A stretch of DNA of 64,000 nucleotides from an uncultured archaeon (lineage in GTDB: Archaea > Aenigmatarchaeota > Aenigmatarchaeia > QMZP01 > QMZT01). The notes beneath the pieces were generated by a model. It saw only the letters and a program-made list of their open reading frames with translations, was not told the DNA's origin and did not search any database. Positions 1 to 9,456 of the stretch are shown in pieces. The position numbers were made by a program, and so were the translations under genes. Every line of letters begins with the position of its first letter. The stretch's first letter is position 1. The stretch is taken from NCBI GenBank assembly GCA_964613955.1, contig CAZTJN010000001.1, positions 97,656 to 161,655 on the forward strand. The letters are read 5' to 3'.

Positions 1-815
1 AAGAATGTTGAATTATCAGAGAACGTCAGATTTGACCATTCCGGGATAACGTCATAATCTCTTCCAGTTACATTGTGGAAATAGGTCTCGTTTATTATTG
101 CTGTTTGTGCACGTATTGGGTCCAGAACAGGGCAGTCGTTAACGTCTATAATAGTGAATCTGACATACTGCCAGTCCATCAAATCCTCCGGATCCTTCAC
201 CCATATTATAACATCATGAACACCCACGTCTTCTTGCTGTGGTATAAAAATTATTTCCCCTGTGTCAGGGTCTATATCGAAAAAGGTGGCGGTATCACCG
301 AACGTCAGTGTGTCATTATCAAGGTCTGTTGCGGTTACATTATAATAGAAACGCTCCCCTTGGTTTTTCTCAAAATCAGGTATCGGGTTGAGGATAGGAG
401 CATGATTTCTCTTCCTTATATCGAACACCACATCTTGGGAATCCTTTACCGTGTCACACGTGCCTGATATATGAATTTTAACTACTTCAACACCTTCTTG
501 CTCCTTAGTCGGCGTGAATGATATCACGCCGGTCGTTCTGTTAATTTCGAAGAGAAAGGTATTGTCATGAAAAATAACATTCGGGTCGTCTCCCGTATAG
601 TTCACGTCATAGAAAAACGGCTCACCGACGTAGAGTACCTGATCGGGTATAGGGTCAAGCTGCGCGCTGAGTTCTATGCAGAATGAAACAACACCCGATG
701 ACGAGGCCTTGGCTGTCGGCGGTGTTTTTGAGATATAAACCGATATTTGGAGCGAAAAAACTATTATAAATATCGCAATCAGAACTGCTATCACATTATT
801 GGAGACCTCTCTCAT
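1..815 (-). CDS. Cadherin-like / putative-Ig (He_PIG-like) repeat surface protein, 5' part only (gene runs off window start)
   Basis: Not in the ORF track because no stop lies in the window. Translating the minus strand from the ATG at 815 gives 'MREVSNNVIAVLIAIFIIVFSLQ...' (hydrophobic N-terminus), followed by repeats such as 'NHAPILNPIPD...YYNVTATDLDNDTLTFGD...FDIDPDTGEIIFIPQQEDVGVHDVIIWVKD...FTIIDVNDCPVLDPI', typical of cadherin-like/He_PIG domains. An in-frame stop lies upstream at 879-881. The overlapping plus-strand ORF 75-467 looks spurious. Confidence 0.6.
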   Translation of the reverse strand, partial: MREVSNNVIAVLIAIFIIVFSLQISVYISKTPPTAKASSSGVVSFCIELSAQLDPIPDQVLYVGEPFFYDVNYTGDDPNVIFHDNTFLFEINRTTGVISFTPTKEQEGVEVVKIHISGTCDTVKDSQDVVFDIRKRNHAPILNPIPDFEKNQGERFYYNVTATDLDNDTLTFGDTATFFDIDPDTGEIIFIPQQEDVGVHDVIIWVKDPEDLMDWQYVRFTIIDVNDCPVLDPIRAQTAIINETYFHNVTGRDYDVIPEWSNLTFSDNSTF

Positions 816-912
816 AACCCACCCAGACGTTAAGGAAACAACCCAAGGAACATCACGAACAATGAATGGCCACGATATTTAAAATTGGTTAAAAAGAGTT
901 AAATGCTTTGAA

Positions 913-2103
913 CTATGCCAATTTTTTCTGGATGTATTTCCTTTTCCTTCTTCTTGCTGTATACAATACCATTACTGCAAATATTATTATCAGTATTATA
1001 ACCAAAAGCAGAGTAATATCAGGGAAAACAAACTCGGGTTCTTTCACGATTAATGTGAACTCCATGCTGTCGGTCTTGTTCATGTAATGGAGCGTTGCTA
1101 TACCTTGATATTCTCCAGGACCTTTTGCGTTCGAAGTGTCCCAGAAATTGGTAAACTTTATTTTTTTCCACGGATTCAAAACAATGCTCGGGCTCTTTGT
1201 CGTTAAATCATAACCATCTTTGCTGACGGTCACCGTTACATATGCATCTTCTATATTCTTGTTCCAGTAGCTTATTACCTCGGTTTCTATCGTCCCTATG
1301 GTTCCGTTGACAATAGGCTCAGCGGAAACGTTCAGTATTTTTGCGGTAGGTGAACCTATCCTGAAACCCTTCTGGAATGTTGTTTTGAAGCCATCGTAAT
1401 CTATCCCGACCGCTGCGTAATATTCTCCTGGACTGATCCCGAAGGCAGGCCACTCCGCCTTCATTTCGACCTGTTCCTTGGACGCCACGGATTTCGCATC
1501 AGTCTTCAGGGCAACTATAAATTTACCTGCGGCATCATATATCCTGATTGTGCCCTGGGCTGTTCCGATTGTCTCGTTCCCCCTGTTTATGGCATCTATG
1601 ATGAACAAAATGGTCTTGTTAACCTCAGTATTTTCTATTCTCATGTCAGCTTCCAGATACTTTCCCGGATACGGAACGTGAACATAGAAACCAAGAGCCA
1701 CCTTGACCTTTCCTCCCAATGCGCCTGCCTGCGACGGAACCCCGCCGACAACCTGAGCCGCCCTTATTGCCACCAGATAGGCGCCGGGCTTTTCTAGCTT
1801 TTCCGGCAGGGTCAGCGTGAATTTGATTGGTTTCACGCTACCTGGTTCATCCTTCGGAGCAAGCGTGAAGTTGTATTCACTGAGCGTGGCGTATTCTGTC
1901 AGGTTCCCTCCTAATTCCATCTCAACAGGAAAAGGGTAATCTTGGTCATTTATGACGAACATGTTTCTTTCTATTGCGAGATTCGGTTCGAAGTTCACAT
2001 CAGGCATGGAGATGGGCCCGCTTGGGCCTATTCCCAGAGAGTACACGCTAAAGGAAAACAAGAAAATAAAGAAAAAGGTTGAAATGGAAATTTCCTTGAG
2101 CAT
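913..2103 (-). CDS. Cell-surface protein with N-terminal signal peptide and C-terminal TM helix plus polybasic tail (paralog of 6113-7333)
   Basis: N-terminal 'MLKEISISTFFFIFLFSFSVYSLG' and C-terminal '...LLLVIILIIIFAVMVLYTARRRKRKYIQKKLA'. Shares 'VPYPGKY(L/A)E(A/M)D(M/L)' and 'LP(E/ES)..KPG' motifs with ORF 6113-7333. Confidence 0.6.
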   Translation of the reverse strand: MLKEISISTFFFIFLFSFSVYSLGIGPSGPISMPDVNFEPNLAIERNMFVINDQDYPFPVEMELGGNLTEYATLSEYNFTLAPKDEPGSVKPIKFTLTLPEKLEKPGAYLVAIRAAQVVGGVPSQAGALGGKVKVALGFYVHVPYPGKYLEADMRIENTEVNKTILFIIDAINRGNETIGTAQGTIRIYDAAGKFIVALKTDAKSVASKEQVEMKAEWPAFGISPGEYYAAVGIDYDGFKTTFQKGFRIGSPTAKILNVSAEPIVNGTIGTIETEVISYWNKNIEDAYVTVTVSKDGYDLTTKSPSIVLNPWKKIKFTNFWDTSNAKGPGEYQGIATLHYMNKTDSMEFTLIVKEPEFVFPDITLLLVIILIIIFAVMVLYTARRRKRKYIQKKLA

Positions 2104-2165
2104 ATATTTAATTTAACCTAATTACTATTAAATATTTTGAAATCGCTGAATTCGCTAGCCTCCGA

Positions 2166-2894
2166 TTAGCAGGCACCGCAAGGATTGCACCCAGCTACCG
2201 TCACTGTTGCTGTCTTCGAACCTGCCGCGTCTTCTGGTATTCCGAGCAGGAAATGTATTCTTATCTCATCACTGCACTGAGACGAGTTAAGGTTCGTGCA
2301 AACCGTGGTTGATGATGTCCCCATATCTGTCCAAGTTTGTACAAGCCCGCTAGTACACGCATCCGGGTAAGAACCGCTGCAGCCTGGATTCGTGCCGCCC
2401 CAGGCGCTTTCATTGTTCTTTCCAGCGAACCTGAATTCCGGTGTTTGGGCAGCGCCTCCTATGAACTGCTGTGCTGTCTTATCTGCATAAACTTTGATGC
2501 ATGTATCCGGATCATTCCCGTTGTTCTCGACCACGAAGGGATAAACGTGCGTTCCTGTGTTGTAATCCGTTCCGTTGCCTTCGCTTCCGTTGTTGAAAGA
2601 ACCTGTCCCTGCCGTACCATCCCAGTTTGGTGCTGTATTGTTGCTCCATATTTCCAGTATGCCGCCTCCCTGTGAATTCGGATAACCCGAACCGAACCAG
2701 CTCTCGTTTCTCAGCAGTTTTATGGACAGTGCACTTTCAATCGTCACATTTGCTTTTCCTGCCCCGGTTGTCGCCGCTCCTGTGTACTTCACTGGGTACT
2801 GCATCAGCGTCAATGTGTTTGCCAGTCCCACTATGGAAATCAGTATGGCCACTATCAGCAATCCTGCAATCAAGTTATTTGATATTTCTGCCAT
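2166..2894 (-). CDS. Secreted Gly/Asn/Thr-rich protein with hydrophobic N-terminus and C-terminal CNPCGAC
   Basis: 242 aa ORF. Its N-terminus 'MAEISNNLIAGLLIVAILISIVG' is nearly identical in pattern to the N-terminus of the partial CDS at 1-815. It has many NxS/T sequons and no catalytic motifs. Confidence 0.5.
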   Translation of the reverse strand: MAEISNNLIAGLLIVAILISIVGLANTLTLMQYPVKYTGAATTGAGKANVTIESALSIKLLRNESWFGSGYPNSQGGGILEIWSNNTAPNWDGTAGTGSFNNGSEGNGTDYNTGTHVYPFVVENNGNDPDTCIKVYADKTAQQFIGGAAQTPEFRFAGKNNESAWGGTNPGCSGSYPDACTSGLVQTWTDMGTSSTTVCTNLNSSQCSDEIRIHFLLGIPEDAAGSKTATVTVAGCNPCGAC

Positions 2895-2936
2895 ATTTTA
2901 TTTTCCTCCTGATAATATTGCAAACAACATCATAAA

Positions 2937-3173
2937 CTATTCTTCGTTGCCTCCCAGTATCACAAGACCTACAATACCGCTTGTTTGGACAGGCGGGGAT
3001 TTGGGCCTGTCAGATAGGATTTCCACACCCACAACTCCCTGCGTTTCCGAGCAGGGTGGTTTGGATTCTGGTGCGGGATAAATATTAGTCATCATGGCAT
3101 ACACTCCCATAACAGAAATTAACAGTAATATCATAACCAAGATGAAAATTAACCTATTATCTATTCCAGCCAT
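2937..3173 (-). CDS. Small membrane-anchored protein (78 aa)
   Basis: N-terminal hydrophobic helix 'LIFILVMILLLISVMGVYAMM'. Short, so coding status is uncertain. Confidence 0.3.
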   Translation of the reverse strand: MAGIDNRLIFILVMILLLISVMGVYAMMTNIYPAPESKPPCSETQGVVGVEILSDRPKSPPVQTSGIVGLVILGGNEE

Positions 3174-3244
3174 AAATACCGACCCTCAATATAGAATATT
3201 TAGTCTGAACTTATTTAAATTTATAGTATTCCACATGTTCATGT

Positions 3245-5566
3245 TCAAACCCTTTCCACACCTATGTTCACCTTGCTCCCGATCATTCCCTTATTTTCTA
3301 TCACAACCCTGCTGTAACCCCTTCCAATGCTCAGGGTGTTGTTAATGTCTATGTCATCATCCTTTATTTCTATTCTGAACGGATACCTATTTCCCAATCC
3401 GTATGAAAAACTCGGGGAGAGCTTCGAAAGAAATTCACCCTTCTCTATCATATCCATGCGGTTGTTCACCTGCCTCCAGTTACCCTTGGAAAAAACAAGA
3501 AAAACCATGAAGTTCGTGAATCTCTGGTCTGTTTGCATTTCATATTCATCAGACGCTGCTGCAGCCGTTATCATCAATGGGCTCTCTGAAGAGAAAACAA
3601 GTGATACCAGAACATCATTCAAATATGAGGATAAATAATAGTGAGGTGGGTTCAGATCTGTGTAGGGACTTATGGAAGCGAGCTGGCTGTATGTTCTTTC
3701 TCCAAGGCCGGGTACATACATCATGGCGGAATTCCATGTACTGTTCAGCGAAAGCTTCACCTGAACATTAAGGGTGGCAACAGCTATCTTGGTCCAGTCA
3801 TAGCCCTTTCCATTTCCGACGTCAGTGGCTGTAACATTTATCAGCCACAAGCCCGATGCGTCCGAAGGAAGCGTGTAGTTGTATTCGTATAGATAGCCGT
3901 TGGTTATTTCCGAGATGTTTGCCATGTTGGCATTGCCCACCTTCGTTGCCCCGAGATTATCCTTTATAAGAACAGTTGCATTCGACAGGTAATCCCTGCC
4001 TGTGCTGCTCGTCACAGTCGCGCGTATCCTTACCATTCTTCCCGGTCTGAATATGCTCGTTTCAGCAAGTGCTCTTGTGTATGTTTTAACCTCGACAATA
4101 GGCAGTCCCATATCCTGCAAATGGATAACAACGAATCTGCTCTCTGTCAGGTTTTCATGCGTCTGGTTCGCCACATAGCCTGACTTGCTGACGTTAATTG
4201 TGTAATTGGTGAAAAAATTCTTCCCAGATGATGTCTGGTTGTATTCGTTCAGGACTTGTCTTGTTATATGGCCCGTGGAGTTCGTAAGACCGCTAAACTT
4301 CAAGGAATTGTACGAGTCCGTTATGTTGACATCCGCTCCCTGCACAGGATTTTCGGACATGTCCTTAACCTGTACCTGCAGGTACCATCTGACCCAGATA
4401 ACCGTGTTGCCGTTCACGGAAATATTATTCTTGTCGAACGTTGTGTTTATGAAGTAGTTGTTGGAAGAACTTGTGTCATCTGCGTAAACCTCATCGCCGG
4501 GTGAAGCGTTTATGAGCGTGTCTATGATGTAGTTGTTGGTGGTGTATGTCAAACGCATGCCTTCGTTGTCATTGGAGTGGATATTGCTCCTGCTTACATT
4601 ATTTCCCGAACCGTAGCTTATCATTATCCCGCGTACGTTCAAAGAGGCATCGATGTTTATAATGAGGTTGTTGGAAGAGGATTGCGAATAAATCCCGTTC
4701 CCGCCGTTATCAAGAAAAATGCAATTTTCAATTCTGTTTCCGTTTGAACTGGATTCGAGGTACACGCCGTTGTTCGTATTCAGGGAGCTGTTGACAGACG
4801 TTACGTTGTTGCTTGCTGACTGGTAGAACCAGATACCTGTGTTGCTGTTGGATACTACCTTACCGCCTTCTATCCTGTTGCCTGAGGATGACGCTGCATA
4901 AATACCTCTTGCCTTGTTGGATGTTGTATTAGTTTCGTATATCACGTTGTTATCAGAAGAATCGAGGTTGATGCCGTCCTGTGCGTTGAAGCTTACAACA
5001 GCATATTCAACTCTGTTGTTGTTCGCGGTCGAGAACCAAATTCCGTGGTTTGTGTTTTTCGAAACGTTTCCGTGGCTGAAGTTGTTGCTGGAGGAAGAAG
5101 CAAACACAACCCCGTAGTCTTCGTTAAAGAAAACAGTGTTGTTGGTCAGGTTGTTGTAAGTCGATCCGGAAACTATGTTTATTCCCCTGTCCGTGTTCGA
5201 GGTTATGAAATTGTTGTATATCCTGCTGCCGGCAGAAGAAGATATGTCTATACCATATGCCCAGTCGGATACCTCGCAGTTGCGAATCGTTACGTTGTCG
5301 TAGTTGGGGATCCTCACACCATAGGTATTTGCGTTGTCAACTCCGTCTATCCTGTTGCCTTGACAGTCCAGCGTAACATTATCAGCCTGGACGTACATGC
5401 AGGTTGAGTTCGTGGAGTTCCATATGCTCTGTGTCAGCAGATACGTTTCGCTTGGTGTGTCGAGGACAGTGCAGTTGTCTATGTTGAGAGACAAGACAGG
5501 CAACGCCTCTGACAAAAGGAAAATAAAAAATACAAGTCCTGCCAACAGCACGCCCTTACCCCACAT
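3245..5566 (-). CDS. Secreted right-handed parallel beta-helix (PbH1/NosD-like) repeat protein, 773 aa
   Basis: Signal peptide 'MWGKGVLLAGLVFFIFLLSEALPVLS'. Roughly 22-aa periodic repeats such as 'NVTIRNCEVSDWAYGIDISSSAGSRIYNNFITSNTDRGINIVSGS...NGIWFSTANNNRVEYAVVSFNAQDGINLDSS' are typical of PbH1 beta-helix proteins. C-terminal Ig/CARDB-like beta domains. Very many NxS/T sequons. Confidence 0.75.
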   Translation of the reverse strand: MWGKGVLLAGLVFFIFLLSEALPVLSLNIDNCTVLDTPSETYLLTQSIWNSTNSTCMYVQADNVTLDCQGNRIDGVDNANTYGVRIPNYDNVTIRNCEVSDWAYGIDISSSAGSRIYNNFITSNTDRGINIVSGSTYNNLTNNTVFFNEDYGVVFASSSSNNFSHGNVSKNTNHGIWFSTANNNRVEYAVVSFNAQDGINLDSSDNNVIYETNTTSNKARGIYAASSSGNRIEGGKVVSNSNTGIWFYQSASNNVTSVNSSLNTNNGVYLESSSNGNRIENCIFLDNGGNGIYSQSSSNNLIINIDASLNVRGIMISYGSGNNVSRSNIHSNDNEGMRLTYTTNNYIIDTLINASPGDEVYADDTSSSNNYFINTTFDKNNISVNGNTVIWVRWYLQVQVKDMSENPVQGADVNITDSYNSLKFSGLTNSTGHITRQVLNEYNQTSSGKNFFTNYTINVSKSGYVANQTHENLTESRFVVIHLQDMGLPIVEVKTYTRALAETSIFRPGRMVRIRATVTSSTGRDYLSNATVLIKDNLGATKVGNANMANISEITNGYLYEYNYTLPSDASGLWLINVTATDVGNGKGYDWTKIAVATLNVQVKLSLNSTWNSAMMYVPGLGERTYSQLASISPYTDLNPPHYYLSSYLNDVLVSLVFSSESPLMITAAAASDEYEMQTDQRFTNFMVFLVFSKGNWRQVNNRMDMIEKGEFLSKLSPSFSYGLGNRYPFRIEIKDDDIDINNTLSIGRGYSRVVIENKGMIGSKVNIGVERV

Positions 5567-5612
5567 ACTTTATAATTTGTACTAGATTAAATAATAGTTT
5601 GAATCTCCGAAA

Positions 5613-5631
5613 GGTTTTAAAATTTAAAACC
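5613..5631. promoter_or_regulatory. 19-bp perfect palindrome GGTTTTAAA-A-TTTAAAACC in a divergent intergenic region
   Basis: It lies between the divergent starts of the beta-helix gene (5566, minus) and ORF 5643 (plus), 12 bp upstream of the ATG at 5643. Candidate transcription-factor site. AT-rich, so chance is possible. Confidence 0.3.
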
Positions 5632-5642
5632 AAGGAATACGC

Positions 5643-6092
5643 ATGAAAGATCCGAGATTTTACATTCTCCCTTTAATTTCAGTAATCATCGTCGCAGTTT
5701 TTCTGGTGAACCCCGGCATAACGGGTCTTATCATAGGGACGGGAGGGAGCGCGGAAGAAAACCTGATGCAACTCAGCGGAAAAGTGAGTATAACCATCTC
5801 GAAAGACATAATCCCAGAGGATGCAGTGGTCACTGTTTTCTTCAGCGACCAGAGTTCAGCGATGCCCATAAAGGACTTCATAGAAAAATCAGGCAAGGAA
5901 TACGAGTTCAAATACGGGCGAATCTCTGAGATAGGATACGAAGGTTACGGCTACGGAAAGGGGACGTACACCCTTGACCTTTCGGATTTCGGTCTTAACC
6001 TCATGGTCGAACCGGGCAATTACACGCTGACAACAGAGATAAGTTATGAAAATTTCGTAATATCGAGCACATCGCAGGACGTTGTTGTCTGA
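5643..6092 (+). CDS. Small secreted/membrane-anchored protein (149 aa)
   Basis: N-terminal signal/anchor 'FYILPLISVIIVAVFLV', followed by Gly/Tyr-rich beta-like sequence. Confidence 0.45.
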   Translation: MKDPRFYILPLISVIIVAVFLVNPGITGLIIGTGGSAEENLMQLSGKVSITISKDIIPEDAVVTVFFSDQSSAMPIKDFIEKSGKEYEFKYGRISEIGYEGYGYGKGTYTLDLSDFGLNLMVEPGNYTLTTEISYENFVISSTSQDVVV

Positions 6093-6112
6093 AAATATCC
6101 GTCATTTATAAT

Positions 6113-7333
6113 TTATTTTCTCCTTCTGAAGTAGAAGAACCACCCCAAATTTATCATTATTAACACTATTACAAGCGGCGTTAATATGTCGTAGCCTCCG
6201 CCCTCTTCCCTTCTGATAGCCTTTGCTGTCACCCCAAGTATCTCCGTCTTTATGCTCTCCAGCTCTATGTACGTCTTGAGCTTCTTCTCCGTGGTTCTGC
6301 TCGCGTAATGCAGAACAAGGTTCGCATCGTATACGCCTTTTTCAACCCCTTCCGTGTCCCAGTATGCCAGTAACGTTTCCTTCTGAAGCGGTTCGATGTC
6401 GACAGAGGCGGATTTGACGTTTGCGACTGTGTTGCCCGCCGCATCCTTTATCACCATTTCAGCATAGACGTTTTCGATTTTCTTGTTCCACTTGCTCTCC
6501 ACGAGGATGTTGAACTTTGCCACTCCACCCAGCCTGAATCCCTTAACCGTGACTTCCTTCACATCCACGAAAAGGTTGCCCACGTAAAAATTCTTTTCTG
6601 CTCTTGCGATTTTGTTATCGTACCTGAGCGTAGCCACCGCATGATAGACCCCCGGGTTCACGTCCGCTTTCCAGTACGCCGCCAAGTCCTTTCTTTCCTT
6701 TGATTTGATGGGGATGTCCTCGGTCTCAACCGTATCAATAACCTCGTTCGTCGGACCCTTTATTTCGATGGATGCCTTTGCGTGCGCTATGTTCTGCGTC
6801 CCGAGATTGTAAACCTTAACGAAGAAGTTCACGGTTTCTCCAGGCTGGGCTTCGGCGATGGTCAGATCCATTTCTGCATACTTGCCTGGGTACGGGACCT
6901 TCACCAGAAGCTGGTGTATGACGGCAGTAGTGGCAATAACGAACTGCCCTTTTAATTCTTCCTGCCCTGTGATGCCTGGTGGGAGTTCCATCAAAACAAT
7001 CTTTGCCCAGTGGTCTCCAGGTTTGTCGATACTTTCAGGCAATTTGACCGTATATGTGAAGGGCTTGGAGTATTCCTCTTCACTGAACTCAACCAAGTTT
7101 TTTTCAATATTAACGTAATCCTTCAAGTCCCCCTCCACGTAAACTAGAGCATTGAATGCCTTGTGGTCGTTGTTAAGAATCTTGAAGGTAATTTTTTCAG
7201 AGAGGCCGGGCTCAAATTCAATTGTTTTCCTGCCCGGCGTAACTCCTATGGCACCCGCATTCACCGGAACTGTGAACAGGACCAGCAGGAATGCCAGCAC
7301 TGCGAACCCCCTAAGCCTGCTCCCCTTTGACAT
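6113..7333 (-). CDS. Cell-surface protein with signal peptide and C-terminal TM helix plus polybasic tail (paralog of 913-2103)
   Basis: 'MSKGSRLRGFAVLAFLLVLFTVPVNAG' signal. C-terminus '...DILTPLVIVLIMINLGWFFYFRRRK'. Shares the 'VPYPGKYAEMD' motif with ORF 913-2103. Confidence 0.6.
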   Translation of the reverse strand: MSKGSRLRGFAVLAFLLVLFTVPVNAGAIGVTPGRKTIEFEPGLSEKITFKILNNDHKAFNALVYVEGDLKDYVNIEKNLVEFSEEEYSKPFTYTVKLPESIDKPGDHWAKIVLMELPPGITGQEELKGQFVIATTAVIHQLLVKVPYPGKYAEMDLTIAEAQPGETVNFFVKVYNLGTQNIAHAKASIEIKGPTNEVIDTVETEDIPIKSKERKDLAAYWKADVNPGVYHAVATLRYDNKIARAEKNFYVGNLFVDVKEVTVKGFRLGGVAKFNILVESKWNKKIENVYAEMVIKDAAGNTVANVKSASVDIEPLQKETLLAYWDTEGVEKGVYDANLVLHYASRTTEKKLKTYIELESIKTEILGVTAKAIRREEGGGYDILTPLVIVLIMINLGWFFYFRRRK

Positions 7334-7796
7334 TCTCCCCTTCTCCTATTTTAACCGATGAGCCAACCCCGAGGACCATGGCCCCCGTGACCCTGCTGAG
7401 AACAACGTCCGTGTTCCCTTCGTTCCTGACTTCGTTCTTCTCCCTTGCAAGCACAACGCTCGAACCCAGAGTAAATTTGCGGACCCCGCTTTCGAACACC
7501 CCGCTCCTGACCTTCCAGTAGTACGTCCCGAAATCCAAGTTGTTGCTGAACCTGAAGGAGTTGTCCGAAACTTTAACAGCGAAAGGACTTGTGAAATCTT
7601 GGTCGTCATCCACCAGAAGTTCATATTGTTTGTAGGGACCGCCCCACACAAATTCAGGCGCTCTTTCCGTTATATACACCCCGTTTTCCGGTTCTATCAG
7701 CGGGATGGCCGTTACGCCCGCCAGAAGATAGATAACTAATCCGATGACTAACAAATTCGCCAGTATCAGGGCCTTCGAAATCTTAAGTTTCGCCAA
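7311..7796 (-). CDS. Membrane-anchored protein with Fn3-like extracellular domain (161 aa)
   Basis: N-terminal TM helix 'ALILANLLVIGLVIYLLAGV'. 'GTYYWKV' type motif. Overlaps the upstream gene by 14 bp, suggesting an operon. Confidence 0.45.
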   Translation of the reverse strand: MAKLKISKALILANLLVIGLVIYLLAGVTAIPLIEPENGVYITERAPEFVWGGPYKQYELLVDDDQDFTSPFAVKVSDNSFRFSNNLDFGTYYWKVRSGVFESGVRKFTLGSSVVLAREKNEVRNEGNTDVVLSRVTGAMVLGVGSSVKIGEGENVKGEQA

Positions 7797-9414
7797 TGTA
7801 CCACCCCGTGAATATGAGAGTAGATGATTTACCTCCTGGAGGTTCGTCCCAGGGAACCATTATCTGGATTTCGACTTCGGCGGAATCATTCGTGTCCGTG
7901 TAGTTCAGCGAGTTTATGAAGGTGTTGTTGACCAAAGGGACGTTTGTCCAGCTTGTTGTCGAGCCGGTCCAGTTGAATGCCCCCTCCTCTCCCGGCCACC
8001 AGTCAACAGAATAGTTGAAGTAGTCTGAAGGCACGGGAGCAGAAAGCCATAAAGAATTTTGGGCAGATATATTCACGTCTATTATGCAGTTCCCGTCATT
8101 GTGAAGGCCAAACGGATTCGGCGCGTTGTCCGAGGTGTCGTTCTCATATCCCAATGGCCTGTTTTCCCCGAAGTCAACCACGTCAGGTGAAATCGAAATC
8201 GAAACATTCGTGTCTATTGTGAAGTTCCATTTGTCACTTTCCGTTCCGTTTTCGTATCCGTCATACGCCTTAACGGACCAGTTGTAGTAGTAGTTATCAT
8301 CCCCGAAGTACCGGAGTTCTGTGGAAGGTGTGTAATTAAGATCAGGTGTGCTCGCATATCTGTTATCGCTTGAACAATCCCCTCCTCCCAGCTTAAGACA
8401 GGTTATGTTTACGAAATACGTCAGAGAATCGCCGTCCGCATCATTCGGCTTATTCCATTTCAACGTTGGCGTTTTGTTTGTGAAATGCGAACCGCTCGGC
8501 GGGGAGTCCAAAATAACTTTGTCAGGTTTCGCATTTTCACGGAACTGCCTTAGCGTTTCGTTGCCCCACACACCGTTGGAATCATTCGCATAAACCTTGA
8601 ACTGATACGTTGTTCCGTCCAGTGTTGTTTTTGTTTTGGTGCATATCACACTGTTGCCAGAGCCTATCTTGTTCATGGTTTCATTGCCTGCCGGGTTGTT
8701 TCCCTCTTTCCATTCGAGCAGACACGTATCGATGCTTGCCTGCGAATCAGAAATGACAGTTACATTTATCGTTACGCTGTTTGCGATCTGCCTTGTTCCG
8801 TCCCCGGGCGTTGGGCTTTCGTATGTGACGCTCACGTCATTTGCAACCCTGCAGCATATCTTCCTTTTGTACTCTTGGCACGGCCCGATATGCGCGTTTG
8901 TGTCGTTGTTTTCCGATGGATATGCGGAAGCCATGGATGCGAAACACTCCCTGTCACTCGGGCAGGCATTATCCACATAAGTGCAGTTGAAATAGCCAGG
9001 CGTGGCTTCCAGACAGACGTCAACTCCATAAACAACCCCAGGGCCCGAATAATCACCCCTTTGAACATGCGAATTGGTGGTCGCGTTCAATCGGAGGAAA
9101 ACGCCCTCGCAACCGTAGGAGAGGGTTGAGTTCGAATCGCAGCATATCGCATAAGGATAGTTGTTAACGGAAACATTCTGGGCATGCGCATTCCAGTAAC
9201 CTCCCGTGTCGTTCTTCACGTACAAGACAGGGGTGTATGAACAGCTGGTATTCACCGTAAAACTGCAATCTAAATCACCGGCGGCCGAAACAAGATACAC
9301 AAAAACCAGAGTAAGGAGAAAAATCATCTCGATTATCATTAAATTGCTTCCCCTGGAACTTTTCCTCAAGACGTTCCCCTCCCTATGAAAGAATAGAGTA
9401 TTACCCAGTATCAA
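7783..9414 (-). CDS. Secreted Cys-rich surface protein (about 518-543 aa; the likely true start is the internal Met at 9339)
   Basis: The internal Met gives a classic signal 'MIIEMIFLLTLVFVYLVSAAG'. Many Cys and NxS/T sequons. Fn3-like segment '...LKWNKPNDADGDSLTYF...YYYNWSVKAYDG'. Confidence 0.6.
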   Translation of the reverse strand: MILGNTLFFHREGNVLRKSSRGSNLMIIEMIFLLTLVFVYLVSAAGDLDCSFTVNTSCSYTPVLYVKNDTGGYWNAHAQNVSVNNYPYAICCDSNSTLSYGCEGVFLRLNATTNSHVQRGDYSGPGVVYGVDVCLEATPGYFNCTYVDNACPSDRECFASMASAYPSENNDTNAHIGPCQEYKRKICCRVANDVSVTYESPTPGDGTRQIANSVTINVTVISDSQASIDTCLLEWKEGNNPAGNETMNKIGSGNSVICTKTKTTLDGTTYQFKVYANDSNGVWGNETLRQFRENAKPDKVILDSPPSGSHFTNKTPTLKWNKPNDADGDSLTYFVNITCLKLGGGDCSSDNRYASTPDLNYTPSTELRYFGDDNYYYNWSVKAYDGYENGTESDKWNFTIDTNVSISISPDVVDFGENRPLGYENDTSDNAPNPFGLHNDGNCIIDVNISAQNSLWLSAPVPSDYFNYSVDWWPGEEGAFNWTGSTTSWTNVPLVNNTFINSLNYTDTNDSAEVEIQIMVPWDEPPGGKSSTLIFTGWYIGET

Positions 9415-9456
9415 TTATAATCTTGGTGGCTAAGAAATAAAAATCGACTGTGAAAT

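Noticed and set aside
75-467. Plus-strand 130-aa ORF at the window start
   Set aside because: It has odd composition (Cys/Tyr-rich, no motifs) and lies antisense to a convincing minus-strand cadherin-like reading frame (1-815), which carries domain-level motifs and a plausible signal peptide.
2166-2894. Archaeal class III (type IV pilin-like) signal peptide for the 'MAEISNN...' N-termini
   Set aside because: There is no basic n-region and no [KR]-[GA] cleavage motif ahead of the hydrophobic stretch, so it does not fit the PibD/FlaK substrate pattern. It is kept only as an unexplained conserved N-terminal tag.
1478-3638. Plus-strand ORFs overlapping minus-strand genes 913-2103, 2166-2894 and 3245-5566 (1478-1681, 2337-2675, 2627-2935, 2722-3081, 3327-3638)
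   Set aside because: They overlap longer ORFs that have signal peptides, paralog support and repeat structure, and they have no independent evidence.
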